Part shown: one piece after another, positions 55,584-64,000 of the stretch | Layout of the letters: each line of letters opens with the position of its first letter | Numbering within the stretch: the first letter of the stretch is position 1 | NCBI GenBank assembly: GCA_964634365.1 | Contig: CAZWJU010000002.1 | Location: forward strand, 167,150 to 231,149 | Origin: an uncultured Candidatus Saccharibacteria bacterium | GTDB taxonomy: Bacteria > Patescibacteriota > Minisyncoccia > Phycocordibacterales > UBA9973 | DNA: 64,000 bases | Direction of reading: 5' to 3' | Position numbers and translations under genes: made by a program | The notes under the pieces: generated by a model | The model's database searches: none | Seen by the model: the letters and a program-made list of their open reading frames with translations, nothing else | Told to the model about the DNA's origin: nothing

Positions 55584-56336
55584 TTATTCAAATGATTTTT
55601 TTAGTTCTACGCGTGCTGTTTCTAGTGAGCTTTTGAATTGTTCTTGGACAATTTTCATCTTTTCAGAAGTTTGTGTTTCGTAGATTTCGATAGAAGTTTT
55701 AGGATCTTGAGATTTGATTGTATTTTTTAGATTTTCTCTAGCTTGCTCCATCGCAGACTTTAGATTTTCACGAATATCTCTAGTTGAAACATCGTTTTCA
55801 CATTGGGCACTGATATCACTGATAGCAGAGTTCACACTAGCTTTGAATTCGTCTACAGCGCTCCCAGCTATTTCGTTTCTGTTCTCCATAGCAGTGTTTA
55901 TGTTTGATCTATAGTCTTTTATGATCTCGTCTATCGCTACTCTGCGAACCTCAAGTGCGTTTTTTACTGATGTTTCATAGTTTGCGATAGCTTGTCTCTG
56001 TGCATCTGTTGTTGCTTTTGTATTTAGACTAGCGATTTGGGTTGATAGTACTGTATCAGCTTCGAGTCTTTTTGCTTCGCGCTTTGCGTCTATTTCAGCC
56101 CACTTGCTACCAAGATCAGTCATACGGTTTTCTTTTTTTGTTTCAAACATTGTTTCACGCTCAGTGATTTTACTAGATATCTTTGCGTCTATTTCGTTCC
56201 ACTCAGAGCAAAAAATACTTGCTCTATCAAAAGGGCTTGCAGCAAAAGTTTGTGTAGCAAAAAACAATGCAAACAAACTCAATATTGTAATGTTTATTTT
56301 ATATATTTTCTTCATAAAATGGTTGATTAAAATCAC
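55584..56336 (-). CDS. Secreted coiled-coil protein, hypothetical
   Basis: Signal peptide ILSLFALFFATQTFA; remainder heptad-like alpha-helical; terminator aaatcccctgtttttagtcaggggattt at 55549-55580. Confidence 0.45.
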   Translation of the reverse strand: MILINHFMKKIYKINITILSLFALFFATQTFAASPFDRASIFCSEWNEIDAKISSKITERETMFETKKENRMTDLGSKWAEIDAKREAKRLEADTVLSTQIASLNTKATTDAQRQAIANYETSVKNALEVRRVAIDEIIKDYRSNINTAMENRNEIAGSAVDEFKASVNSAISDISAQCENDVSTRDIRENLKSAMEQARENLKNTIKSQDPKTSIEIYETQTSEKMKIVQEQFKSSLETARVELKKSFE

Positions 56337-56793
56337 TCGTAATATCGCTTTCTGCTACTGCTAAGACAAAAGATCCTTCCTCTGCAAATAAATCCGAGTC
56401 ATCTTCAATACTATACAGTGAATCTTCGATTATGACAATAGGCTCTTTGATCTGTGTAGGTAGTGCAACCTTTTGTGTGTGCTGGTATTCTGGTAGCAAT
56501 ACAAGTGTTAAAAGTAGTGCGCTTGGTACAAGTATCATGCCCATCTTCCACCAAGAAGTTTTAACCGGCTGGCGTGCATCCACATAAACCTTTTTGCTTT
56601 TAGGTATTTGCCCCAAGATTGAGTTCAGTACTTCTTTTGGAGCTATGACAGATTTTTCTTTTAATCGAGCGGATTCAAAGAAGGATACTAGGCTATCTAT
56701 ATTTTCATCGTGGCTGTTTTCCAAAGAAAATACCTCATTTAGTTCTTTTTCTAAATCAAGGTCTCTTATTTTGTTTTTATTTATATTTTTCAT
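56299..56793 (-). CDS. Putative anti-sigma factor (single-pass membrane protein encoded immediately downstream of, and overlapping, the ECF sigma gene)
   Basis: Position and topology only (cytoplasmic N-domain, TM WWKMGMILVPSALLLTLVLL, extracytoplasmic C-domain); 4-bp overlap with sigma gene. Confidence 0.4.
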   Translation of the reverse strand: MKNINKNKIRDLDLEKELNEVFSLENSHDENIDSLVSFFESARLKEKSVIAPKEVLNSILGQIPKSKKVYVDARQPVKTSWWKMGMILVPSALLLTLVLLPEYQHTQKVALPTQIKEPIVIIEDSLYSIEDDSDLFAEEGSFVLAVAESDITSDFNQPFYEENI

Positions 56794-57356
56794 TTGTTTT
56801 TATTTAAATTTTCTTTGAGTATTTTTAGTGCTCGCGATTGAAGTTGTCTTATCGCATCTTCTCTTTTATTTAAGACTGTAGAGATTTCTTTGTAAGACAT
56901 GTCATGTATAAATCTCATGGTGACCACTTCTCGCTGTTCTTCGGTTAGATTTTGCATAGCTTTTTCGACTGATGCGAATTCTATTTGTGTGTCTATCGTC
57001 TCCTCGATCCCAGTCTCTTCCGAGGGTATTTCTGGCATCTCTTCGCTGTCTAAGATATACAGATCTTTTTTCTTCCTTCGGTAATCTATCAAGGTGTTTC
57101 TAGCTACTGTATAGAAGTAAGCCAGAGGCTCGTTTTTAGATACCTCTACCGTGTCCAAGGATTTGTAAACTTTCAGAAACACAGTTTGAGACAGGTCGGA
57201 AGCTTCGTCTTTATCTTTAAGTCTAAAGTATAAATATCGATATATAGGAGTATAAAAAAGCTCATAGAGCTTACCGTACGCATCATTATTTCCAGCTTTT
57301 GCTAGCTCTATTAGTTGTTTTGGGTCCATATTTTCACCTATCGATATATCTCTCAT
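56790..57356 (-). CDS. sigE: RNA polymerase sigma-70 factor, ECF subfamily
   Basis: Region 2 (YRYLYFRLKDKDEASDLSQTVFLKVY) and region 4 HTH (MSYKEISTVLNKREDAIRQLQSRALKIL). Confidence 0.8.
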   Translation of the reverse strand: MRDISIGENMDPKQLIELAKAGNNDAYGKLYELFYTPIYRYLYFRLKDKDEASDLSQTVFLKVYKSLDTVEVSKNEPLAYFYTVARNTLIDYRRKKKDLYILDSEEMPEIPSEETGIEETIDTQIEFASVEKAMQNLTEEQREVVTMRFIHDMSYKEISTVLNKREDAIRQLQSRALKILKENLNKNK

Positions 57357-57427
57357 ATATAACGTATAGTATAGCTTTTTGTGATTTTTCCGCCAAAAGA
57401 AAATAGAGGCACTCGGCCTCTATGTGT

Positions 57428-57997
57428 TTAAATCCCCAATATTTCTTGCCAGTTATCCATATCCCACCTGATACGTTTGTTTTCGGTCAGATGACGGTTG
57501 TAGGACGTGTCGTAGACTATATGTTCCCATATAGGCACCTCTCGGAGTCCGGTGATGTCTGGTCTGTCGTCAATCAGCATATCTCCGCCCACAATAGTCT
57601 TGTCATAGGCATAGGTAACTTTTTTCGTATATTTTTTACCGAGATACTTTTCGATCCATTCATGCTTTTCAGAAAGCGAGTGCCCAGCATAGTGGAGCGG
57701 GGTGGTGCAGAGCATAATTTCATGCCCGCGACTCTCGATTAATTTTATAGCTTCAATGCTACCTGGGATTGGTTTGAGTTTTTTGAAGAACTCTTTTTGG
57801 TAATATATTGAGATTATTTGTTGCCTCAGCTCTTCTGGGAAGTTGTCTTCCAGAAAATAATTTAACCTGTCTTTCAATTTGTCTTTGTGTTCTGGAGGAC
57901 AAATTTTTTCCCATATTTCTAAAAAACCTGTTTCAAAATCCGCCAACACTCCGTCCTGATCAATCAGATATAATTTCAAGTGTTTGTGTATGTACAT
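57428..57997 (-). CDS. 5'(3')-deoxyribonucleotidase (HAD superfamily, NT5C-like)
   Basis: LYLIDQDGVLADFETGFL (DxDGVLADFE motif I), LIDDRPDITG, WEH match cytosolic/mitochondrial 5'(3')-deoxyribonucleotidase family. Confidence 0.7.
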   Translation of the reverse strand: MYIHKHLKLYLIDQDGVLADFETGFLEIWEKICPPEHKDKLKDRLNYFLEDNFPEELRQQIISIYYQKEFFKKLKPIPGSIEAIKLIESRGHEIMLCTTPLHYAGHSLSEKHEWIEKYLGKKYTKKVTYAYDKTIVGGDMLIDDRPDITGLREVPIWEHIVYDTSYNRHLTENKRIRWDMDNWQEILGI

Positions 57998-58066
57998 ACG
58001 TATTTATTTGTCTGCACATTACCACAGAATATAGAAAAATCAAATCCACCCAAATGGGTGGATTAT

Positions 58067-58585
58067 TTATTTACAAAACGACTTAAACAACTCAATTAAT
58101 TCTTTTTTTCGGTTTTCATTAAGAGAGGAGAGTTTATAATCACTTTTCGGAGAAAATCTATCCCAAGGTTTGCCTGTTACCATAAGTGTATATGTAAGAT
58201 TTTCGAGTGGTCTTACATAATGCCAGCCATCAGGATCAATCATTTCATATTCATCACCTTCATTTAATACAATCGTGCAAGCTATAGGCGGGTATTCTTC
58301 ACCCTTACCATAGCCAACCCCCATTTCATATCTTCCCTTAAGTATTTTCATTCCACTAGGCCAAGGATGTGGATGATAGAGAACTTCTTCGCGTGTACAT
58401 GGATGAATCGCGTGGAGTGATATCCGGAAATCCTCGAATTCAGTCCAGAGTCTTTCCACATATGGATGCTCATAATTTACAAATAAACTTTTCCATAATT
58501 CTGGTTTATCCAGAAGGGAAGGTAATATTTTTTCAATTTTTTCCAAAAGATTAATGTAATCTCCAGTTTCTTTTTTAGTTTTCAT
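58067..58585 (-). CDS. Hypothetical protein, possibly cupin-like; start uncertain (frame extends to 58696)
   Basis: HPHPWPSG...H motifs suggestive of a metal-binding beta-barrel; weak. Confidence 0.35.
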   Translation of the reverse strand: MKTKKETGDYINLLEKIEKILPSLLDKPELWKSLFVNYEHPYVERLWTEFEDFRISLHAIHPCTREEVLYHPHPWPSGMKILKGRYEMGVGYGKGEEYPPIACTIVLNEGDEYEMIDPDGWHYVRPLENLTYTLMVTGKPWDRFSPKSDYKLSSLNENRKKELIELFKSFCK

Positions 58586-58652
58586 AATACTTTTTCTTTT
58601 AGTATGTGCTTCTTTACAAATATGTACAAAATGTCGTACAATTACGACAACA

Positions 58653-59438
58653 ATGGATAAAAGAAAAGAAATTCTAATAGAGCTTGGACTTGGCAACCAT
58701 GAGGCACTCGTATACAGTGCTCTCTTGGAAGAGTCTTCTTGCGGTGCAACAAAACTTTCTAAAAAGGTAGGGCTAGCGCGAAGCAGTGTCTATACAACCC
58801 TTTCTGGTCTTATAAGTAAGGGTCTAGTGGGCGAGAAGAAGAGTGGTAGTACAACTGAATTTAAGGCAGGCTCAATTGAGGCATTAGAAACATATCTTGA
58901 AAAACAAAAAGCCAATTCTATAAGAAAATTAAATATATTATCTAGTTCAAAAAGCCTCTTAAAAATTGAAAAGATCGAACTAGATGAAAGTAAGCCCGAA
59001 ATAATTACTTTCTCAGGTGTAGATGGTCTCAAGCGTATTTACTTACAAATGCTTCGAGATGCAAAATCAGGAGATGAGCTTTTAATGATACGTGATGAAT
59101 TTGTATGGAATAGTAAATGGAGATTTATTTTTGAGCCACAGTGGCATATACGTGTAAGAAAAATCAGAAAAGAAAAAAATATTAAAGCAAAATTACTTGT
59201 GAACAACTCTAAGATCGAAAAATCTAAACAAAATTTTTATAAATCACGCAGGAGTACAACATTTAGATTTTTATCAAAAGATTTATGTTTGGAAAATTAT
59301 GCTGAATATATAATTGGTAATACTATGTGCGTACTATCCACGGAAAAAGATAATCCAGTAGGAATTTTTATCCGAAACAAGACTATGGCTAAAAATTCCG
59401 CTAGAATTTTTGAAAATATCTGGAAAAATTCTAAATAG
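58653..59438 (+). CDS. TrmB-family transcriptional regulator
   Basis: ILIELGLGNHEALVYSALLEESSCGATKLSKKVGLARSSVYTTLSGLISKGLV wHTH. Confidence 0.55.
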   Translation: MDKRKEILIELGLGNHEALVYSALLEESSCGATKLSKKVGLARSSVYTTLSGLISKGLVGEKKSGSTTEFKAGSIEALETYLEKQKANSIRKLNILSSSKSLLKIEKIELDESKPEIITFSGVDGLKRIYLQMLRDAKSGDELLMIRDEFVWNSKWRFIFEPQWHIRVRKIRKEKNIKAKLLVNNSKIEKSKQNFYKSRRSTTFRFLSKDLCLENYAEYIIGNTMCVLSTEKDNPVGIFIRNKTMAKNSARIFENIWKNSK

Positions 59439-59440
59439 TT

Positions 59441-60235
59441 TTATTTTGCATGGGGTTTGGATGCACCCCAGAGGCCTTCGAAAACTGCACGCATTGTGTT
59501 TGCGTGCTCAGCTGAAGATATAAGGACTGCGTAGCACTCTTTCATAGAAGATACATACAAAGTAGAGTTGTCGAATATAAATATAGTAGTACTGAATTTG
59601 TCCTTCATAACACTCGGAAGTATTTGTACATCTGCAGCTTTTTCATAATATTTTTTAAAAATAGATTTCTCTATCTCACGTTCCCAGAGATTGCGTGTAT
59701 GGATATTGCGCTTTATTCTTTCCTCTACGAAACTTTTTACAAACTCCCCGCCGATATCCCAAAAAAAGTTTTTTGATGGTGCTATACAAAATATCTCCTT
59801 TTCTTTTACATACATTGTATCCATCACGACACGTTTGATAGCCTCTCTCCCTTCAAAGAATGAAACTTGAGGTTTTGTATTTTTGTCACTTTGTTTTTTT
59901 GACAGTAGAGGGGCAAGTTCTCCGATTTTTTCTGTGAGCATCATTGCTTCACTCTCTCGTTCGCGAGCTATAGCTACGAGACGTTCTGTGGGGGAGAGTG
60001 TAAAACCAGAATCATTTTCTTTTTTTGATTTTGAGATCAAACCTCTTTTTTCAAGAGAAGAAAGCGCATAGTAGACTGTTGGGCGCTTCATCTTGGTCAC
60101 CTTCAGTAAATCTCTGGCGCTGGTAGAACCGGCAACCATACTCAAATACACGGTAGTTTCGGACTCCGACAGACCAAGTTCTTTTAGATATTTTTCTGGG
60201 TCAATCATAGTTGTATAACGGTTATTATACAGCAT
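59441..60235 (-). CDS. TrmB-family transcriptional regulator
   Basis: LKELGLSESETTVYLSMVAGSTSARDLLKVTKMKRPTVYYALSSLEKRGLI wHTH; convergent with the other paralog. Confidence 0.55.
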   Translation of the reverse strand: MLYNNRYTTMIDPEKYLKELGLSESETTVYLSMVAGSTSARDLLKVTKMKRPTVYYALSSLEKRGLISKSKKENDSGFTLSPTERLVAIARERESEAMMLTEKIGELAPLLSKKQSDKNTKPQVSFFEGREAIKRVVMDTMYVKEKEIFCIAPSKNFFWDIGGEFVKSFVEERIKRNIHTRNLWEREIEKSIFKKYYEKAADVQILPSVMKDKFSTTIFIFDNSTLYVSSMKECYAVLISSAEHANTMRAVFEGLWGASKPHAK

Positions 60236-60292
60236 TGTACAGATTTTGGCAAAGGGTTAGATTGGTAATAAAGATACTTAAAAATTAAATAT

Positions 60293-60895
60293 ATGAAACG
60301 CAAACCCATTGGTCTTACTGGAAATATCGGTTGTGGCAAGAGTACTGTTGCAGATTTTCTTAGAAAAAACGGCGCTATTGTTTTGGATATGGATTCTATG
60401 GCAAAGGAAATACTTTTCTCTTTACCAAAAGATTTTGTAAATCAAAAACTCGGAGCAGATGTGTTTTCTGAAAATAAGCTTGATACAAAAAAAGTAGCAC
60501 AGATTATTTTCAGTGACACAGGGAAGAGAAGAACACTAGAAGATATTGTCCACCCAAAGTTATGGGGAAAAATCGACAAGGTGATTGAATCTGTCGATAA
60601 CGAAACTCTAATATTTGTAGAGTCTGCAATTCTGTATGAAAAAGGTAGCGATAAAAACTGCGAACTTACTGTCGCTGTAACGTGTCCTAAAGATGTTCAA
60701 ATAAAAAGACTTTTAGATAAACGCGGTATGGCACTATCTGATATAGAGGCAAGAATTGCAACACAAATACCCAATAAGGAAAAAGAAAAAATGGCGCAGT
60801 TTGTTGTGTCGACTGACTGTGACTTATTCGAGTTAGAGGAAAGAGTAAAAACTTTATTTTTACAAATCAAAAACAAACAAGGAGGTAAAAAATGA
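60293..60895 (+). CDS. coaE: Dephospho-CoA kinase
   Basis: IGLTGNIGCGKSTVA P-loop and overall CoaE length. Confidence 0.85.
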   Translation: MKRKPIGLTGNIGCGKSTVADFLRKNGAIVLDMDSMAKEILFSLPKDFVNQKLGADVFSENKLDTKKVAQIIFSDTGKRRTLEDIVHPKLWGKIDKVIESVDNETLIFVESAILYEKGSDKNCELTVAVTCPKDVQIKRLLDKRGMALSDIEARIATQIPNKEKEKMAQFVVSTDCDLFELEERVKTLFLQIKNKQGGKK

Positions 60896-61992
60896 AAAAG
60901 GCAATTTATACCGGAACTTTTGATCCGCCTACGCTTGGTCACGAATGGGTGATAGATCAATCAAGAAAAATTTTTCACAAAGTAATTGTGGTAATTGCAA
61001 TAAATTCTGAAAAGAAAACCATGTTCACAATAGACGAACGCAAAGCAATGCTTTTATCTATTACAAAAAATATGGAAAATGTCAGTATAGAGATTTGTTC
61101 CGATAAATTTATTGCAAATTTTGCAAAAGAGTTGGGTGCAGAATATGTAGTTCGTGGAGTACGAAGTAATCAAGACTTGGAATATGAAACCCTAATCCAA
61201 GAAGTAAACAGGAAGATCAACCCAAACTTACAACACGTGTATCTGGTCCCGCCTGCAAGTCTTGCTCACACGAGTTCATCTCTTGCAAAAGGTCTTGTTG
61301 GGCCAGAGGGGTGGGAAGGAGCGGTTAGTGAATACGTTTCGCACTCAGTTCTAGCAAGGCTAAAAGCTAAATTTGGCAAGAAAAGTAATTTGTGGAAAGC
61401 GCTGGAGGGGAGAAATGCGTCTGGGAGTGAAATAGAATTCTGGGATATGCTCAAATCCCCATACTATGAAACAGGGCGCTTCTATCACAACATGGACCAT
61501 ATAAATTCTATGCTTTGTGAAGTGGAAGATATAAAAAGATTTCTAATTGACCCGGAGGCAGTTGAGCTTGCAATATGGTTTCATGACAGAGTGTACGATA
61601 CAAAGGCGCTAGACAATGAACTAAAGAGTGCAGATGAAGGCTTTGAGATTATGAAAAAGTTTGGCTTATCAGAATTTTTCTGCAAATACATTCATCATTT
61701 TGTGCTCGTAACTGATCACAAAACTGTTCCACTCAATACTGATGAAAAATATATTGCTGACATAGATCTTGCGATCCTTGGAAAAGATACCGAGGAATTT
61801 GATGAATATGAAAAAAATATTCGCAAGGAATACTCTTGGGTTCCAGAGGAAACTTATCGTATTGAGCGCAAGAAAGTGCTTCAGTATTTTCTGAAAAGGG
61901 AATATATATACCACACTGAATATTTCATGGGTAAGTATGAAACAAAAGCTCGCGAAAATCTAAAGCGATCAATCGAAGTTCTTTCTAAGTAA
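60892..61992 (+). CDS. coaD: Phosphopantetheine adenylyltransferase fused to a C-terminal HD-superfamily domain
   Basis: N-terminal AIYTGTFDPPTLGHEWVI (T/HxGH nucleotidyltransferase motif) through ~aa 160; C-terminal 200 aa with YHNMDH...WFHDRVYD (HD-like); 4-bp overlap with coaE; terminator aaaccccgcaatcgcggggttt at 61996-62020. Confidence 0.7.
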   Translation: MKKAIYTGTFDPPTLGHEWVIDQSRKIFHKVIVVIAINSEKKTMFTIDERKAMLLSITKNMENVSIEICSDKFIANFAKELGAEYVVRGVRSNQDLEYETLIQEVNRKINPNLQHVYLVPPASLAHTSSSLAKGLVGPEGWEGAVSEYVSHSVLARLKAKFGKKSNLWKALEGRNASGSEIEFWDMLKSPYYETGRFYHNMDHINSMLCEVEDIKRFLIDPEAVELAIWFHDRVYDTKALDNELKSADEGFEIMKKFGLSEFFCKYIHHFVLVTDHKTVPLNTDEKYIADIDLAILGKDTEEFDEYEKNIRKEYSWVPEETYRIERKKVLQYFLKREYIYHTEYFMGKYETKARENLKRSIEVLSK

Positions 61993-62025
61993 AAACAAAC
62001 CCCGCAATCGCGGGGTTTTAATTTT

Positions 62026-62700
62026 TTATTTTAACAAGAATCTGAGAGTAGAAACTAGACGAATCTTTTTATATTCAGGAGAGCCTGGGTCTTTGTCTGT
62101 AATATCAAACACTCCCTGGTTGCCGCGAGTCACACTTCCTACTCGACTACCTGCATTTTTAGCGAATTGTGAAGCTGTATCACGAGCATTTTTTATAGCC
62201 TCAGCAAGCATTTCTGGTTTTATACTGTTCAAATCTGAGAATTCAAATGAAATATAATTTTGGCTCAATACTACACCGTCTTTTACTAAAAGCAGAGTTT
62301 CATTTGAAGCTGATTTAGCCAAATCTACTTTTTTTGTGTATATAGCCACCTGGCTTGTTGAGTTGTATCTAAAAGCCGCATCTTTGTATGTATCTTGATA
62401 TATATTTACAGGTGCAACATTGATCTCAGATTCCTCAAATCCTTTCTCGACAAGAAACTTCTTTATTGTGGTTATGTTTTCTTCTATATCAGAATAAAGC
62501 GTGTCTACATTGTTTGACTTTACTTCAAAGCTCATAGACCAAATAGCCGTGTCTGCTTTTACGATTCTTTCTGATAGGCCCTTTACCTCAACATATGACC
62601 CTTGTTTGGAAAAATTGTGTGCAGCAAAAAAGAATACGAGAGAGAATATTACCAGAGCTCCGCTCAATATTAGTACCCAATTGTTTTTTAGTGTTTCCAT
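62026..62700 (-). CDS. SIMPL/BP26-family (DUF541) periplasmic protein with N-terminal TM/signal anchor
   Basis: C-terminal LAEAIKNARDTASQFAKNAGSRVGSV resembles SIMPL family signature. Confidence 0.5.
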   Translation of the reverse strand: METLKNNWVLILSGALVIFSLVFFFAAHNFSKQGSYVEVKGLSERIVKADTAIWSMSFEVKSNNVDTLYSDIEENITTIKKFLVEKGFEESEINVAPVNIYQDTYKDAAFRYNSTSQVAIYTKKVDLAKSASNETLLLVKDGVVLSQNYISFEFSDLNSIKPEMLAEAIKNARDTASQFAKNAGSRVGSVTRGNQGVFDITDKDPGSPEYKKIRLVSTLRFLLK

Positions 62701-62753
62701 ACTTTATATTATAGCACCAACACAGTATTGGGTCACCAACAGAAGGTGTGTAT

Positions 62754-63761
62754 TTATTCAGAAATTTTTTGCAGAAGCATTGTTGAATTATTCATAATAT
62801 ACATATTGTAACGTTCGGTTTTTAGTAGTTCAGAGACAGATTTTACCCAAGCGGATTTTCTGACTTCGAATTTTTCTGCTCTATCGAACATCTCGTGTCC
62901 ATCTCTTTTAAAATCTAGAAGAAATAATGGGTGGATTCTAAGTATTCCATTTACAGCTAGTAGATGATCTATGTTTTTGAACATATTTTCTATATCTTTT
63001 GCTGTTTCAAGATACATAGGTACAGACCATGTCGCCCATATCTCGTCAGCTTTTTCTATTCCAAAATTTTTTAATTCTTCACTTTCTGCTTCGAGGACAA
63101 TAGAGCGGTAATTTTTTCTTTGATTTTTGTCTTTATCTTCAAATTTTATAAATGAATCAATATTTACAATAGAAGATGGTTTTATGTCAGATTCTAAAAT
63201 CAGGTCGTTTATGGAATCCCCACCCCCGAGTAAAATAATCTTTTTGTTATCGAGGATTTTTCTCAAAAGTTCTTTTCTGTGTTCTTTGCTTAAACAATCT
63301 AAATCAAACAAGCTTTCAATCAACGGCGGTTTTTTACCTGGAACTTTTTTTGAAAAATCTCTATTGATTTCTGTTCTATCAAAATATTCTTCTCGATTTT
63401 GAATTTTATCTAGATCGTCTATCGGATTAGACATTTGATCTATAGACTGATTTAAGTGTCTCAATTCCTGATTTAAAAGAAGCACGGGCATTCTTTCTGG
63501 TGTTCTAGATTCTATTTTTTTAACTTCCTCCCAAATCAATGGCTCTATGATATCCCAATCAGCTACTAGCTCCTTCTCGTCTTTTCCGCTCAGATTTATC
63601 TTACTGAAAAGCACGCTAGAAGAAATATTTTCGACCACTCTATACAAATACATCTCAGAATTTTCATAAGGGAGTGATGTTATATTTTTGGACCACCAAT
63701 AATCCTTGTTTTCTGGTTTGGGTGTTTTATTTTTTGGGGTATCTTTGCCGAATTCATTCAT
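62754..63761 (-). CDS. Hypothetical protein, possible Rossmann-fold (ILLGGGDS) enzyme
   Basis: 335-aa ORF; GGGD motif reminiscent of spermidine-synthase-like folds, not conclusive. Confidence 0.35.
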   Translation of the reverse strand: MNEFGKDTPKNKTPKPENKDYWWSKNITSLPYENSEMYLYRVVENISSSVLFSKINLSGKDEKELVADWDIIEPLIWEEVKKIESRTPERMPVLLLNQELRHLNQSIDQMSNPIDDLDKIQNREEYFDRTEINRDFSKKVPGKKPPLIESLFDLDCLSKEHRKELLRKILDNKKIILLGGGDSINDLILESDIKPSSIVNIDSFIKFEDKDKNQRKNYRSIVLEAESEELKNFGIEKADEIWATWSVPMYLETAKDIENMFKNIDHLLAVNGILRIHPLFLLDFKRDGHEMFDRAEKFEVRKSAWVKSVSELLKTERYNMYIMNNSTMLLQKISE

Positions 63762-63820
63762 AATAGTATTTTTATCATACTATATTGTAATAGTCCCGTC
63801 ATTTTGCTATTATGCCCTTG

Positions 63821-64000
63821 CATATACGTAAGTATATTGGAGGCGTGGCTGAGTGGAATAAATATAAACTGCTTTATATTTATTCCGAAGGAGGACAACC
63901 ACTTAGCCACGCTTCCCAAAGGGCGACAATACGTAAGTATATTGGAGGCGTGGCTGAGTGGAATAAATATAAACTGCTTTATATTTATTCCGAAGGAGGA
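63821..64000. repeat. Tandem direct repeat (period ~104 nt, at least 1.7 copies, truncated by window end); each unit contains nested inverted repeats GGAGGCGTGGCTGAGTGG / CCACTTAGCCACGCTTCC around a perfect palindrome AATAAATATAAA-CTGC-TTTATATTTATT
   Basis: 63821-63897 is identical to 63925-64000 over at least 76 nt. Confidence 0.6.

Noticed and set aside
63821-64000. Possible CRISPR array
   Set aside because: The repeat period of about 104 nt, the internal palindromic structure and the lack of spacer-like unique segments of CRISPR size do not fit. No cas genes are visible.

Overview
The window is a low-GC bacterial chromosomal segment, roughly 33% GC. Its gene content and style point to a CPR/Patescibacteria-like genome: four TrmB-family regulators, a DUF11-like surface protein, a short YidC and tRNA genes that do not encode CCA. 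This lineage call is an inference only.

The core is a canonical replication-origin neighbourhood. rpmH-rnpA-yidD-yidC-jag lie on the minus strand, dnaA-dnaN on the plus strand, and DnaA boxes sit in the dnaA-dnaN spacer.

Housekeeping genes I can support: hup, cca, xth, xerC/D, rpsO, an NYN-domain gene, pnp, a dksA/traR-family gene, yifB/comM, a PBP1A gene, tyrS, ruvC, ruvB, ruvA, pilB/gspE, tsaE, polA, a dsbB-like/thioredoxin pair, a TrmH/SpoU-type RNA methyltransferase (trmH), mutM, rpsT, an ECF sigma with a putative anti-sigma, a 5'(3')-deoxyribonucleotidase, coaE, and a coaD-HD fusion.

There are eight tRNA genes, read as Pro-TGG, Gly-GCC, Arg-TCG, Gly-TCC, Trp-CCA, Lys-TTT and Arg-GCG, plus one interrupted tRNA-like locus. 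Terminator hairpins end with T-runs rather than TGA-interrupted frames, and the housekeeping ORFs are full length, so standard code 11 fits.

The most unusual signal is a family of structured trailer elements of about 130-200 nt, directly downstream of at least five tRNA genes. Each contains direct and/or inverted partial copies of the tRNA 3' half. Several share a conserved core (GAGYCGGGGTCG...GCGAG...TGTGACNACA) and hairpins with ACTGCT loops. One copy is expanded into an iteron-like array of TGTGACNACA sites next to tRNA-Arg.

Other things worth noting:
- a palindromic operator-like array upstream of yraN
- two long GC-enriched non-coding regions (1-950 and 35400-36130), the second carrying paired hairpin elements
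- a roughly 104-nt tandem repeat at the 3' window edge
- a T9SS-CTD-like secreted protein
- an acidic repeat surface protein
- a translationally coupled Cys-rich/HD(ppGpp-hydrolase-like) pair.

No CRISPR array, rRNA or intact mobile element (no integrase or transposase) is visible.
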